Counted from the stretch's first letter, positions 52,608 to 61,871 are shown. The stretch is DNA of 64,000 bases from an uncultured Actinomycetes bacterium (GCA_963775755.1 CAVZKB010000015.1:14380-78379); one strand, 5' to 3'. Made by a program: numbers and translations. The notes: generated by a model not told the origin, from the letters alone.

Positions 52608-52715
52608 ATGGGGTTCAATGCGATGCAGCCGGGGAAGATCAAGAAGGGCGACATCGTCATGCTCGTTGCCGCGGTCGTGGTCTTCCTCGTGCTGATCGTG
52701 TGGGCGGTGCACTAG
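52608..52715 (+). CDS. Putative 35-aa single-pass membrane peptide
   Basis: Translation MGFNAMQPGKIKKGDIVMLVAAVVVFLVLIVWAVH. The ATG lies 11 nt after the previous stop. Confidence 0.35.
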   Translation: MGFNAMQPGKIKKGDIVMLVAAVVVFLVLIVWAVH

Positions 52716-52726
52716 TCTGACGCGGA

Positions 52727-53014
52727 CTAGCCTTCCTCGAAACCGATCGAGAACAGGCGCTCCAGGTCGTGCCTGGAGTAGACCTGGAACGCGATGAGGG
52801 TCTCGGTGCGGTCGACGCCGTCGATCTTGGCGATCCCGCCCGGGATGACGTTCGCCAGGTCGTCGTGCTGTGCCACCCGCACGATCGCGATCAGATCGAA
52901 CTCGCCGGCGACGGAGTAGACCTCAGAGACGCCGTCGATGTCGGCGATCGCCTGGGCGGCTTCGGGGATCCCATCGATCTCGCACTGGATGAGGACAACG
53001 GCATGCACGGTCAT
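52727..53014 (-). CDS. Lrp/AsnC-type ligand-binding (RAM) domain protein, no HTH
   Basis: 95 aa (MTVHAVVLIQCE..VYSVAGEFDLIAIVRV..). The longer track ORF to 53947 is an antisense artefact over the thiolase gene. Confidence 0.75.
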   Translation of the reverse strand: MTVHAVVLIQCEIDGIPEAAQAIADIDGVSEVYSVAGEFDLIAIVRVAQHDDLANVIPGGIAKIDGVDRTETLIAFQVYSRHDLERLFSIGFEEG

Positions 53015-53031
53015 GTCGGTGGGTGCTCCCT

Positions 53032-54207
53032 TCAAGGGCGCTCGAGGATGACGGCCAATCCCTGGCCACCAGAGACGCAGAGCGTCGCGAGGCCGAGGTT
53101 CGCGCCCCGGGCGCGCATCTCGTACGCGAGGGCCAGGATGATGCGGGCGCCGCTCATGCCGATCGGATGACCGATCGAGATGCCGCCGCCGTTCACGTTG
53201 AGCTTGTCGCGGTCGATCTTCAGCTCGCGCTCGCAGGCGATCACCTGCGAGGCGAACGCCTCGTTGATCTCGATCAGGTCGATGTCGGCGAGCGAGAGCC
53301 CGGTCCGCTCCAGGACCTTCTTGGTCGCCGGGACCGGTCCTATGCCCATGATCTCGGGCGGCACCCCCGCCCATGAGATGCCCAGCACCCGCGCGAGCGG
53401 CTCGCGCCCCTCGCTCTTCGCACGGGACTCCGACATCAACACCAAGGCCGCGGCCCCGTCCGTGAGGCCGGCGGAGTTGCCGGCCGTCACGCTGCCGCCG
53501 TCGCGGAACACCGGCTCCAGGCGTCCGAGCGCCTCCAGCGTGGTGCCGGGACGGGGGTGCTCGTCCTCGACGACGGTGCGCGTCGAGCCCTTCGGGCCGG
53601 GCACCTCGACGGCCACGATCTCGGCCGCGCGGCGGTCCTTCCCGTCGCTGGCTTTCTGCTGTGACTCCAGCGCGAATCCGTCCTGCTCCTCGCGCGTGAT
53701 GTCGTACTTGTCCACCAGGTTCTCGGCGGTCTCGCCCATGATCAGGCCGCTCAGGGGGTCGAGGAGCCCGTCTCGGTACATCGCGTCGACCACATCGGCG
53801 TTCCCCAGCCGGTAGCCCAGCCGCATCTGGGGGAGGAGGAACGGCACCCGGGTCATGTTCTCCATGCCCCCGGCGAGGACCACCTCGGAGTCGCCGAGCG
53901 CGATCTGCTGCGCACCGATCTGCACGGCCTTCATCCCCGAGCCGCACGCGATGTTGACGTTGTATCCGCTCACCTCGACCGGGACGCCGGCCTTGACGCT
54001 CACCTGCCTGCCGGTGTTCGGTCCGTTGCCCGCCTGCCGCGCGTGGCCGTAGATCGTCTGGTCGACTCCGGCGGGCTCGACGTCGGCGCGGCGCAGCGCC
54101 TCTCGCGCGGCGATCGTGCCCAACTCGACCGCAGGGATGTCGGCGAACGACCCCAGGAACTTCCCGACCGGCGTCCGCGCGCCCTCGAGGATGACCGCGC
54201 GCTCCAT
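53032..54207 (-). CDS. Acetyl-CoA C-acetyltransferase (thiolase II)
   Basis: 391 aa. Active-site Cys in NIACGSGM; NEAFASQ, GGGISIGHPIG and C-terminal TLCVSGGQG. Confidence 0.9.
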   Translation of the reverse strand: MERAVILEGARTPVGKFLGSFADIPAVELGTIAAREALRRADVEPAGVDQTIYGHARQAGNGPNTGRQVSVKAGVPVEVSGYNVNIACGSGMKAVQIGAQQIALGDSEVVLAGGMENMTRVPFLLPQMRLGYRLGNADVVDAMYRDGLLDPLSGLIMGETAENLVDKYDITREEQDGFALESQQKASDGKDRRAAEIVAVEVPGPKGSTRTVVEDEHPRPGTTLEALGRLEPVFRDGGSVTAGNSAGLTDGAAALVLMSESRAKSEGREPLARVLGISWAGVPPEIMGIGPVPATKKVLERTGLSLADIDLIEINEAFASQVIACERELKIDRDKLNVNGGGISIGHPIGMSGARIILALAYEMRARGANLGLATLCVSGGQGLAVILERP

Positions 54208-54217
54208 GCGACCCAGT

Positions 54218-54982
54218 CTATCCGGCGGGCGTGCGGTCGCTTCCCGCTGCGTCTTCGACGTCGGACCTGCGCGCGTGCAGCAGCCATTCGTGGGCGCCCT
54301 TGGACCCGGTGACCGGCGACGGCATCGTCCCGGTGACGTGCCAGGGGAGGCGTTGCACACCGGCCACCGCCAGGGCGAGCGCCCGGCGCAACGACGGCTC
54401 GTCCTCGGGAGGAGCGTCGAGACCCAATTCGAACATCGGCTTCACGAGCGCGATCAGGTCGGCGTCGCCGGCGAACCGAAGCGCCTCGACCTGCGGCACC
54501 GCGTCGGCCACGGAGAGGTAGGAGAGGTCCATGGTGACCGCGCCGATGTGCGCGAACCGCGGGATCGCCGACAGGTCGGCCAGGTTCGTCCGCTCGAGGT
54601 TCACCACTCGGCTGTGGTTGCGCAGGTCTCCGCGCAGCTGGCCGTGACCGGCGTCGACCGCGAACACCCGGCGTGCCCCGTGCTCCAGCAGCACCCGGGT
54701 GAACCCGCCGGCGGACGCGCCCAGGTCGACGCATACGCGATCCGTGACGTCGACCGCGAACCCGTCGAGTGCCGCCCGCAGCTTGCCCTCGCCGCGGAGC
54801 GCCTTCGGTGGCTTGACCACGACGGACGCGTCCGCTCGGACCTGCGAGCGAGGGTTCGTGACCACCCGGCCGTCGATCAACACGTGTCCGGCGGCGAGCG
54901 ACGCCTCGGGGTCCGGGAGGTCGGGTCGCGAGCGCGCCAGGTGATCCAGGACGTTGCGGAACTTGGCGCGCGACGAGGTCAC
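54218..54982 (-). CDS. tlyA: TlyA-family rRNA 2'-O-methyltransferase
   Basis: 254 aa. N-terminal S4-like domain plus an FtsJ-type SAM site VDLGASAGGFT. Confidence 0.9.
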   Translation of the reverse strand: MTSSRAKFRNVLDHLARSRPDLPDPEASLAAGHVLIDGRVVTNPRSQVRADASVVVKPPKALRGEGKLRAALDGFAVDVTDRVCVDLGASAGGFTRVLLEHGARRVFAVDAGHGQLRGDLRNHSRVVNLERTNLADLSAIPRFAHIGAVTMDLSYLSVADAVPQVEALRFAGDADLIALVKPMFELGLDAPPEDEPSLRRALALAVAGVQRLPWHVTGTMPSPVTGSKGAHEWLLHARRSDVEDAAGSDRTPAG

Positions 54983-55006
54983 GGATCCCTCCTGTCGCGA
55001 GCGAGT

Positions 55007-56707
55007 CTACGGCCGGCCCTCTCCGACGGCCCGGACGCGTGCCTGGATGCGGGCGATGGCCGCTCCGCCGTCCACCGGTTCGGCGAGCGGCCTCCCGCAC
55101 GCCTCGACGCGGGGGTGGTTCGCGCGGATCCAGCCGCGCACCGCCGCGAGCTCGTCGGATCGCTCGCGCGGGCACGGGACGACGAGCGGCTCGGCGCCGT
55201 CGCCACGAACCATCGCCCCGTCGAGGAACCGGATCGTCGCCGGTCCGGCGTCGTCCCGCACCGCGAGCCCTCCCGCGCCCACGAGCCACGCGTCGTGCCG
55301 ACCGCGGGCCAGGGCGTCGGCCAGTGCACGGAGCCGGTCCCGGACGAGGCCAGCCTCCTCGAAGCGTTCCTGTGCCGCGAGGTGGGCCATGCGTCGCTCG
55401 AGCGCTCCGAGGAGCCCGCCCGGGGAGGTCAGGGAGGAGACGAGCCTCCGGACGAGCTCTCCGTAGCGCTCGGGATCGACGCGGCCGTCGCACGGCGCGA
55501 CGCACCTGCCCATGTCCGCCAGGGCGCACGGCGCGAACCGCGTCCGCGCCCCCATGGCGGTGGTGCACCGGCGGATCGGCAGGACCTCTTCGAGAGCCTC
55601 CTTGGCCAGACGTGCGGTCGCGGACGAGCCGAACGGCCCGAGGTACGCGCAGCCGTCGTTCGGTGTCGCCGTTCGCACGATCTTCAGCCGCGGGAACGCC
55701 TCCCCGGGATCGATCTTGAGGTACGTGTAGCGGCGCCAGGTCTTCCCGCGCCGGTTGTACTTGGGTTCGTGATGGCGGATGAGCCGCGCCTCAACCACGA
55801 GGGCCTCCAGCTCGGATCCGCACGGCACGCCGTCGATCGACACCGTCTCGGCGAGCAGGCCGTCGATCTTCTTGCGCTCGTCCCCGTAGAAGTAGGACTT
55901 CACACGGGCGCGCAGGTCCTTGGACTTTCCGACGTACAGCACGCGGCCGTCGCGTCCACGGAACAGGTAGACCCCGGGGGCGTGCGGCAGGTGATCCGCC
56001 AGACGGATCTTGGCGAAGTGCGGCCGGCCGCGTGCGCGCACGGCCTCGTGGAGATCACCCAGCGTGAGGATCCCGAGGCGCCCACCCAGATCCAGCAGCC
56101 CGTGCAGCACCTCGGCGCAGGCCTCGGCGTCCGCGAACGCCCGGTGGTTGGGTACGACACGGGTCCGGAAATAGCGGGCGAGCGTCTGCAGCCTGACGTT
56201 GGGGACGTCGGGCCAGACCACGCGCCGCGCCAGCCGGGCCGTGCAGACGGCCGGCGCCGGAAGCGGGTCGTAGTCGAGGCGAAGGAGGTTCGCGTTCAGG
56301 AACGAGAAGTCGAACCGGGCGTTGTGTGCCACGAACACCGCGCCGCGGCAGAACTCGAGGAACGCCGGCAAGATCTCCTCGATCGGAGGCTCGGCCGCGA
56401 CCACCCGGTCGTCGATGCCGGTGAGATGCGTGATGAACGGCGGTATCGGGATCTCGGGGTTGACGAGCGCCTGGAACGCGCCGATACGCTCGCCGCCGAC
56501 GTACTTGACCGCGCCGACCTCGGTGATGCGGCAATCGGCGGGGGAGCCACCCGTCGTCTCGAGGTCCACGACGCAGAACGTGACCTGGTGGAGCGGGATG
56601 CCCAGGTCGAGCGTGGTCTGGATGGGCGCGGCGAGCACGGGTTCCTCCGTCCGGTGGGGCCGTGCGGAGTGGTGACCATATCGAACAGGTGTTCGAGCGT
56701 CAAGCAT
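55007..56707 (-). CDS. DEDDh 3'-5' exonuclease domain fused to GIY-YIG/UvrC-like nuclease
   Basis: Exo I VVDLETTG and Exo III HNARFDFSFL. GIY-YIG block PGVYLFRGRDGRVLYVGKSKDLRARV. GTG 56638 (SD GGAGGA) is a plausible alternative start. Confidence 0.85.
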   Translation of the reverse strand: MLDARTPVRYGHHSARPHRTEEPVLAAPIQTTLDLGIPLHQVTFCVVDLETTGGSPADCRITEVGAVKYVGGERIGAFQALVNPEIPIPPFITHLTGIDDRVVAAEPPIEEILPAFLEFCRGAVFVAHNARFDFSFLNANLLRLDYDPLPAPAVCTARLARRVVWPDVPNVRLQTLARYFRTRVVPNHRAFADAEACAEVLHGLLDLGGRLGILTLGDLHEAVRARGRPHFAKIRLADHLPHAPGVYLFRGRDGRVLYVGKSKDLRARVKSYFYGDERKKIDGLLAETVSIDGVPCGSELEALVVEARLIRHHEPKYNRRGKTWRRYTYLKIDPGEAFPRLKIVRTATPNDGCAYLGPFGSSATARLAKEALEEVLPIRRCTTAMGARTRFAPCALADMGRCVAPCDGRVDPERYGELVRRLVSSLTSPGGLLGALERRMAHLAAQERFEEAGLVRDRLRALADALARGRHDAWLVGAGGLAVRDDAGPATIRFLDGAMVRGDGAEPLVVPCPRERSDELAAVRGWIRANHPRVEACGRPLAEPVDGGAAIARIQARVRAVGEGRP

Positions 56708-56744
56708 GGTCTCGCCATGGTGACGGGAGCCGACGACACGAGGA

Positions 56745-59700
56745 TCAGAGACGGACTCGAGCGCGCGCGTGGCTGGGCATGTGGGACACGTCGCCGGCGA
56801 AGGTCGCGCGCACCACGTAGCGGCCGAAGCGTTGGTGCGAGAAACGGGTCTTGAAGATGCCCGTCCGAACGCTGCCTCGACCCCGGACGTGGACGCGCAC
56901 GGTGGCCCTCGCGATCGGGACGAACCCGCTGTCCATTCGTCGGAGCAGCACGACCCGCACGCGCATGCCCGGCTCGGCGTGGAGCATCCGCCCACGCGAC
57001 ACGACATGGTGGTGCCGACCTTTGGCGCGCAGGATGAGGTGCGTGATCTCCCGGTCGTCGTTCACGATCGTGCCGGTGCCGGCGGAGCCCATGGTGGCTC
57101 CGAAGACGTTGGTGATCTCGAGCGCGAGCGTCTCGTCGGGCTCGATCACGTCGTCGCCGGTCACCGTCACGGGAACGCTCGCGGTGGTCTCGCCCGCCGG
57201 TATCCGTACGCTCCCGGCGGCCTCCACGTAGTCGCTTCCCGCGGTCGCCGATCGATCGGAGGTCCGGTAGACCACGGTCACGGCATCGCTCGACGCTTTC
57301 GACAGGCTCACGGGGAACGACAGCGTCGTGGTGGTCCCCAGGCCGCCTTCCGCGACCGAGGTGTCGCCGATCGAAGCGGTCGGCTTGTTGGACGGCGGCG
57401 CCGGCACGGCGTCGTCGTTGACGATCGTGCCGTTCCCGATGCCGTCTGCGATGCCGGCCCCGACCGGGTTGGAGAGCTGCACCGTGAAGGTTTCGTCCGG
57501 CTCCACGGTGGTGTCGCCGTGGATGGTCACGTCGACGGTCTTCGTGGTCTCGCCCGGAGCGAGCGTGAGGGTCGTCACGACCGGGTCGTAGTCGGTCGGT
57601 TGGGTCGCCGTGCCGTCGGCCGTCGCCACGTCGACCGTCACGGGCACCTGCGTGGCTCCCGTCAGGGTCACGGGAAACGACGCCGTGACGTCGCCGACGT
57701 CGCCTTCGGTCACCGTCACGTCGCCGACATCCAGGACCGGCGCGGCGTCGTCGTCCACGATCGTCCCCACGCCGTGGGCGTCCGCGAGCGCCGCCCCCGT
57801 CGGGTTGGAGAGATCGACCGCGTAGGTTTCGTCCAGCTCGTGCGTGGTGTCGCCCTGGACGAGCACGTCCACGGTCGTGGAGACCTGGCCGGGAGCGAAG
57901 GACACGGTGGTCGAGACGGCGCCGTAGTCGCCGGGTGCCACGGCGGTCTGATCGGCGGTCGACACGTCGACCGAGATCGGGAAGGCCGACGGGTTCGTGA
58001 GCGAGACCGTGAACGTCGCGTCGGTGGTCCCTGCGTCGCCCTCGGTGAGCGAGACGTCGTTGATCGTGAGCGACGGCAGCGGATCGTCGTCGACGATCGT
58101 TCCCACGCCCTGGGCGTCGGCGATCGAGGCGTTCGTAGCTCCCGACAGGTTGACGAAGAACGTCTCGTCGACCTCGTCGGTCGTGTCGCCGACGATCGGT
58201 ACGGATATCGTTTTCATCCCTTGTCCCGGAGTGAACGTGAGGGTCCCGGAGCTCGTCGTGTAGTCACTGGGTTGCATGGCCGTGGAGTCGGCGGTCGCGT
58301 AGTTGACGGTCACGGTCAGGCCGCTGGGAACCGACAGCGACACGTCGAAGTTCATGTTCGTCGTGCCGGCGTTGCCCTCGGTCTGCGACACGTCGTTGAT
58401 GGCGATCGACGGCGGCGCGTCGTTGTCCGTGATCGTGCCGGTGCCGATCGCGGTACTGATCGTCACGTTCACGGGGTTCGACAGGGCCACTTGATAGGTT
58501 TCGTCCGCTTCGTCGCTCAGGTCGCCCTGTACGGCGATCGGGATCGTCCGTGTCGTCGTCCCGGCGGGGAACGTGAGCGTGCCGGATGCCGCGGCGTAGT
58601 CGGTGGGCGCCGTCGCCGTGATGTCGGCGGTCGCGTAGTCCACCGTGACGGTCCTGCCGCTCACCGCGGACAGGGTCGCCGTGAACGTGGCGGTCACGGT
58701 ACCCACGTCGCCCTCGGTCACGGTCGCGTTGTTGATGCCCACGCTCGGGGTCGCGTCGTTGTCGACGATCGTCCCGACCCCTTGTGCGTCGGCGACCGTG
58801 GCGTTCGTAGGGGCGAAGAGGTTCACCACGAACGTTTCGTCGTCTTCGTCCAGGGTGTCGCCGACGACGGGAACACTGATCGTCTTCGACGTCTGCCCAG
58901 CGTTGAACGTCAACGTCCCGGTGCGAGATGTGTAGTCCGCGGGGGCGGTAGCCGTGACATCCGCTGTCGCGTAGCTCACGGTCACCGTGCTACCACTCGC
59001 CGGAGCCAGACTCACGGTGAACTTCAGGTTCGCTGAGCCGGAGTTCCCTTCGGTCCGCGAGACATCGTCGATCGTGAGGGAAGGGAGCGCATCGTCGTTG
59101 ACTATCGTCACGACGCCGCGGTTGTCCGCGATCGAGGCGTTGCCGCCGGACGAGAGGTTGACGAAGAACGCCTCGTCGCTCTCGCTGGTCGTGTCGCCCA
59201 CGATCGTCACCGACACGGGAAGCGCCACCTGTCCGGGGAGGAACGTGAGGTTCCCCGAGGTCGCGGCGTAATCGCTAGGCTGCACAGCCGTGCTGTTGGC
59301 GGTGGCGAAGTGGACCGTGACGTTGCGGCCGCTCGGTGCTGAAAGCGTGACGGTGAGAACGGCGTTGGTCGTGCCGGCGTTCCCCTCGGGGAGCGACAGA
59401 TCGTCGATGGCGAGGGAGGGCGTCGGGTCATCGTCCCTGATCGTCCCGGTGCGGGTCGCGGTCGTGATGTCGGCGACCGCGGGGGGTTGAGGGTTCGACA
59501 GGTTGACGGTGAACGTCTCGTTCGCCTCGTCGAGCAGGTCGCCGATCACCGGGATCGTGATGGTCTGACTCTTGGCGCCGGTGGCCGTGAACGTCGCGGT
59601 TCCCGAGGACGCCACGTAGTCGGCGCCGGCGGTCGCCGTGCCGTCCGCCGTGGTCCAGTCGACCGAGATGTTGTTCTTGGTACCCGTGTAGCTGATCGTG

Positions 59701-59921
59701 AACGTCATGTTCGTCACGCCGGCGTCTCCCTCGGTGAGGGAGACGTTGGCGTTGACACGGAAGTGGGAGACGGGGCTCGCCATCGCGCTCGGCGCGATGG
59801 CGAGCACCGTCAGAAGGGCTCCTGCGAGCCCTCCGATCGCGAGCCGGGCGACCGCTCGCTGCCACGATCTTCCTCTGGATATCATCAAGAGAATCGTGAA
59901 CCGCGCTCTCCGACGGGTCAT
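56745..59921 (-). CDS. Secreted protein with eight tandem Calx-beta domains and a basic C-terminal beta-rich domain
   Basis: 1058 aa. Signal peptide ..LAIAPSAMA/SP. Eight repeats of about 110 aa of the form (E)G(N/D)xG.....F.V.LS....V.V.Y.T.DGTA...DY....G.L.F..G......I...V.GD...E..E.F.V.L. No LPXTG motif or C-terminal TM. Confidence 0.85.
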   Translation of the reverse strand: MTRRRARFTILLMISRGRSWQRAVARLAIGGLAGALLTVLAIAPSAMASPVSHFRVNANVSLTEGDAGVTNMTFTISYTGTKNNISVDWTTADGTATAGADYVASSGTATFTATGAKSQTITIPVIGDLLDEANETFTVNLSNPQPPAVADITTATRTGTIRDDDPTPSLAIDDLSLPEGNAGTTNAVLTVTLSAPSGRNVTVHFATANSTAVQPSDYAATSGNLTFLPGQVALPVSVTIVGDTTSESDEAFFVNLSSGGNASIADNRGVVTIVNDDALPSLTIDDVSRTEGNSGSANLKFTVSLAPASGSTVTVSYATADVTATAPADYTSRTGTLTFNAGQTSKTISVPVVGDTLDEDDETFVVNLFAPTNATVADAQGVGTIVDNDATPSVGINNATVTEGDVGTVTATFTATLSAVSGRTVTVDYATADITATAPTDYAAASGTLTFPAGTTTRTIPIAVQGDLSDEADETYQVALSNPVNVTISTAIGTGTITDNDAPPSIAINDVSQTEGNAGTTNMNFDVSLSVPSGLTVTVNYATADSTAMQPSDYTTSSGTLTFTPGQGMKTISVPIVGDTTDEVDETFFVNLSGATNASIADAQGVGTIVDDDPLPSLTINDVSLTEGDAGTTDATFTVSLTNPSAFPISVDVSTADQTAVAPGDYGAVSTTVSFAPGQVSTTVDVLVQGDTTHELDETYAVDLSNPTGAALADAHGVGTIVDDDAAPVLDVGDVTVTEGDVGDVTASFPVTLTGATQVPVTVDVATADGTATQPTDYDPVVTTLTLAPGETTKTVDVTIHGDTTVEPDETFTVQLSNPVGAGIADGIGNGTIVNDDAVPAPPSNKPTASIGDTSVAEGGLGTTTTLSFPVSLSKASSDAVTVVYRTSDRSATAGSDYVEAAGSVRIPAGETTASVPVTVTGDDVIEPDETLALEITNVFGATMGSAGTGTIVNDDREITHLILRAKGRHHHVVSRGRMLHAEPGMRVRVVLLRRMDSGFVPIARATVRVHVRGRGSVRTGIFKTRFSHQRFGRYVVRATFAGDVSHMPSHARARVRL
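57054..59765 (-). repeat. Eight tandem coding repeats of about 330 bp (Calx-beta modules)
   Basis: Protein-level periodicity, delimited by the recurring ..GTIV(N/D)DD motif. Boundaries derived from amino-acid counts. Confidence 0.8.
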
Positions 59922-59933
59922 GGCCGTCCGGCG

Positions 59934-59968
59934 GTATTTCCCCGTACCGCGTCGCGAGTATTTCCCCG
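59934..59968. repeat. Direct repeat GTATTTCCCCG x2 (24-bp period) just upstream of the Calx-beta gene start
   Basis: Exact 11-mers at 59934-59944 and 59958-59968, lying 13 and 37 nt from the ATG at 59921. Confidence 0.9.
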
Positions 59969-60052
59969 AAATGAAACAGCGTCCACCACAGCGGGTCTGA
60001 CGGTTCTTCCGGGGGCGGGTGGATCAGGAGCCGAAGGTCGTGCCCGGGAGGA

Positions 60053-60172
60053 TCAGCTGCCGGACGACCCCTTGGTCTTCTTCGCGGCGCGCTTCTCCTT
60101 GATGGTCTTCTGCGGTTTCTTCTTCTGGTCCCGGCCGCCCGTGCCGGCCCCGCGGTCTTTCGACTTCGCCAT
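60053..60172 (-). CDS. Lys-rich 39-aa basic peptide, translationally coupled to gmhA
   Basis: Translation MAKSKDRGAGTGGRDQKKKPQKTIKEKRAAKKTKGSSGS. The ATG lies 2 nt after the gmhA stop, and SD GGAGGAGG lies inside the gmhA 3' end. Confidence 0.45.
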   Translation of the reverse strand: MAKSKDRGAGTGGRDQKKKPQKTIKEKRAAKKTKGSSGS

Positions 60173-60174
60173 CG

Positions 60175-60795
60175 CTAGGCCTCCTCCGTCGTCGGCTGTG
60201 CGTGCTCGGAACGAGGGTACAGCGCATCTTCGACGAGGGAGGCGAGGAGCTGCTCCACGGCCAGGTGGCACTCCTGGATGTGTGCGGTCACGGTGCTCGG
60301 GACGCGCACGGCAGCGTCGGCCTTGCCCGCGAGATCGCCACCGGACGTGCCCGTCAGCGCGATGACGCCGAGCCCCTGCACGCGAGCTCGTTCCGCTGCG
60401 CGGATCACGTTCACCGAATTACCGCTCGTCGAGATCGCGATCAACACGTCGCCGCTCTGCCCGAGGGCTTCCACCTGACGCTCGAACACGCCCTCGGCGC
60501 CGAAGTCGTTCGCGATCGCGGTGAGGAGCGACGTGTCCGTGGTGAGCGCGATCGCGGGGATCGACGGCCGGGGATTGTCGATCGTGAACGTGCTGACGAA
60601 CTCCGTGGCGAGGTGCTGGGCGTCGGCCGCGCTGCCGCCGTTGCCGCAGATCAGGACCTTGCCGCCGCCTCGGAGCGAGCCGATCAACATCCCGGCCGCG
60701 GACGCGATGTCGTCAAGGCACTCCTCCTCGACACGGCCGACGGTCTCCGCGGTCGCGTGGAGGTAGCGACGTGCGCGCGCTTTCGTGGCCTCCAT
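60175..60795 (-). CDS. gmhA: D-sedoheptulose-7-phosphate isomerase (SIS domain)
   Basis: 206 aa. GNGGSAADAQHLATEF and ISTSGNS motifs. The start is set at ATG 60795 because the longer ORF overlaps the upstream kinase gene. Confidence 0.9.
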   Translation of the reverse strand: MEATKARARRYLHATAETVGRVEEECLDDIASAAGMLIGSLRGGGKVLICGNGGSAADAQHLATEFVSTFTIDNPRPSIPAIALTTDTSLLTAIANDFGAEGVFERQVEALGQSGDVLIAISTSGNSVNVIRAAERARVQGLGVIALTGTSGGDLAGKADAAVRVPSTVTAHIQECHLAVEQLLASLVEDALYPRSEHAQPTTEEA

Positions 60796-60803
60796 GTCCA
60801 CCG

Positions 60804-61871
60804 TCAAGCTGGTTCGCCGCCCGGTCCGCGGGTCGGGGCCCACACCGTGTCCCCGGCGGTCGCGCGGACGCCGTCCGCACGGAACGTGAACTGCGTGAAC
60901 TGTCCGCCCAACCGTTCCAGCTCCTCGCGCACGGCCGGCTGCGCCGAGGGGCGGCAATACAACAAGAGATATCCGCCACCGCCCGCGCCGCAGATCTTGC
61001 CGCCGTTCGCCCCGGCCGCCTGCGCCATCGACAGCATGGCCTCGATCGGGGTGTGCTCGGCGATGTGGGGATTCATCCTTCGCTTCGCGACGAACGCGTC
61101 GTGGAGCATGGCGCCGAGCTCGTCGACGTCACCTTCCTCAACCGCGTCGCGCATGGCGTAGGCGATCGCATGCAGCTGCTTCATGCCGAGGATCGTCTCC
61201 TCGCGTCCTTCCCGATAGAGGTCGATCTGCGTGTCGATCAGCCCGACGTTCCGCCGGACGAAGCCCGTGTAGCAGAGCATGAGGCGCTCCTGGAGACGAG
61301 CCAGGATCTCGGCTCCCGCCCGGATCGGCGAGACGAGCACACCCTGGCGCGAGAACTCGAAGAGGTTGAACCCGCCGAACGCAGCGGCGTACTGGTCCTG
61401 CCAGCCGCCGCTGATCCCCAGATCGTCGCGCTCGATCGAGTAAGAGATGCGGGCGAGCTCATCGGCATCGAATCGACGCTCGCCGAGCATCGCGAGCCCG
61501 GCGACCACACCGGTGACGAGCGCAGAGGAACCGCCCAGACCGCTCCCCGCAGGGGCGTCCGAGTCGATCACCATCTCGATCCCGCCGGGGACCCCGATCC
61601 GGTCGATGGCCGCCTTGGCCAGATCCATCACCCCGTCGTACACGGGTCCGGCGTCCAGGTGGTACTGGACGATGTCTCCGAGGTCGAGCGAGCGGACGAT
61701 CACCTGGCGGTCGTCGCGCGGCACGACCGTGACGCGAACGTGGTGGTCGATCGTGGCCGACAGCACCGCCCCGCCGTGTTCCTCGAAGTAGTGCGGGAAG
61801 TCGGTCCCACCTCCGACGAAGCTGATGCGCAGCGGGGCGACGACGCGGATGGTGGTTGGGTCGGATGGCAT
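60804..61871 (-). CDS. GHMP-family sugar kinase (D-glycero-D-manno-heptose-7-phosphate kinase HddA-like)
   Basis: 355 aa. N-terminal APLRISFVGGGTDFP and GHMP motif PAGSGLGGSSALV. Adjacent to gmhA. Confidence 0.8.
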   Translation of the reverse strand: MPSDPTTIRVVAPLRISFVGGGTDFPHYFEEHGGAVLSATIDHHVRVTVVPRDDRQVIVRSLDLGDIVQYHLDAGPVYDGVMDLAKAAIDRIGVPGGIEMVIDSDAPAGSGLGGSSALVTGVVAGLAMLGERRFDADELARISYSIERDDLGISGGWQDQYAAAFGGFNLFEFSRQGVLVSPIRAGAEILARLQERLMLCYTGFVRRNVGLIDTQIDLYREGREETILGMKQLHAIAYAMRDAVEEGDVDELGAMLHDAFVAKRRMNPHIAEHTPIEAMLSMAQAAGANGGKICGAGGGGYLLLYCRPSAQPAVREELERLGGQFTQFTFRADGVRATAGDTVWAPTRGPGGEPA

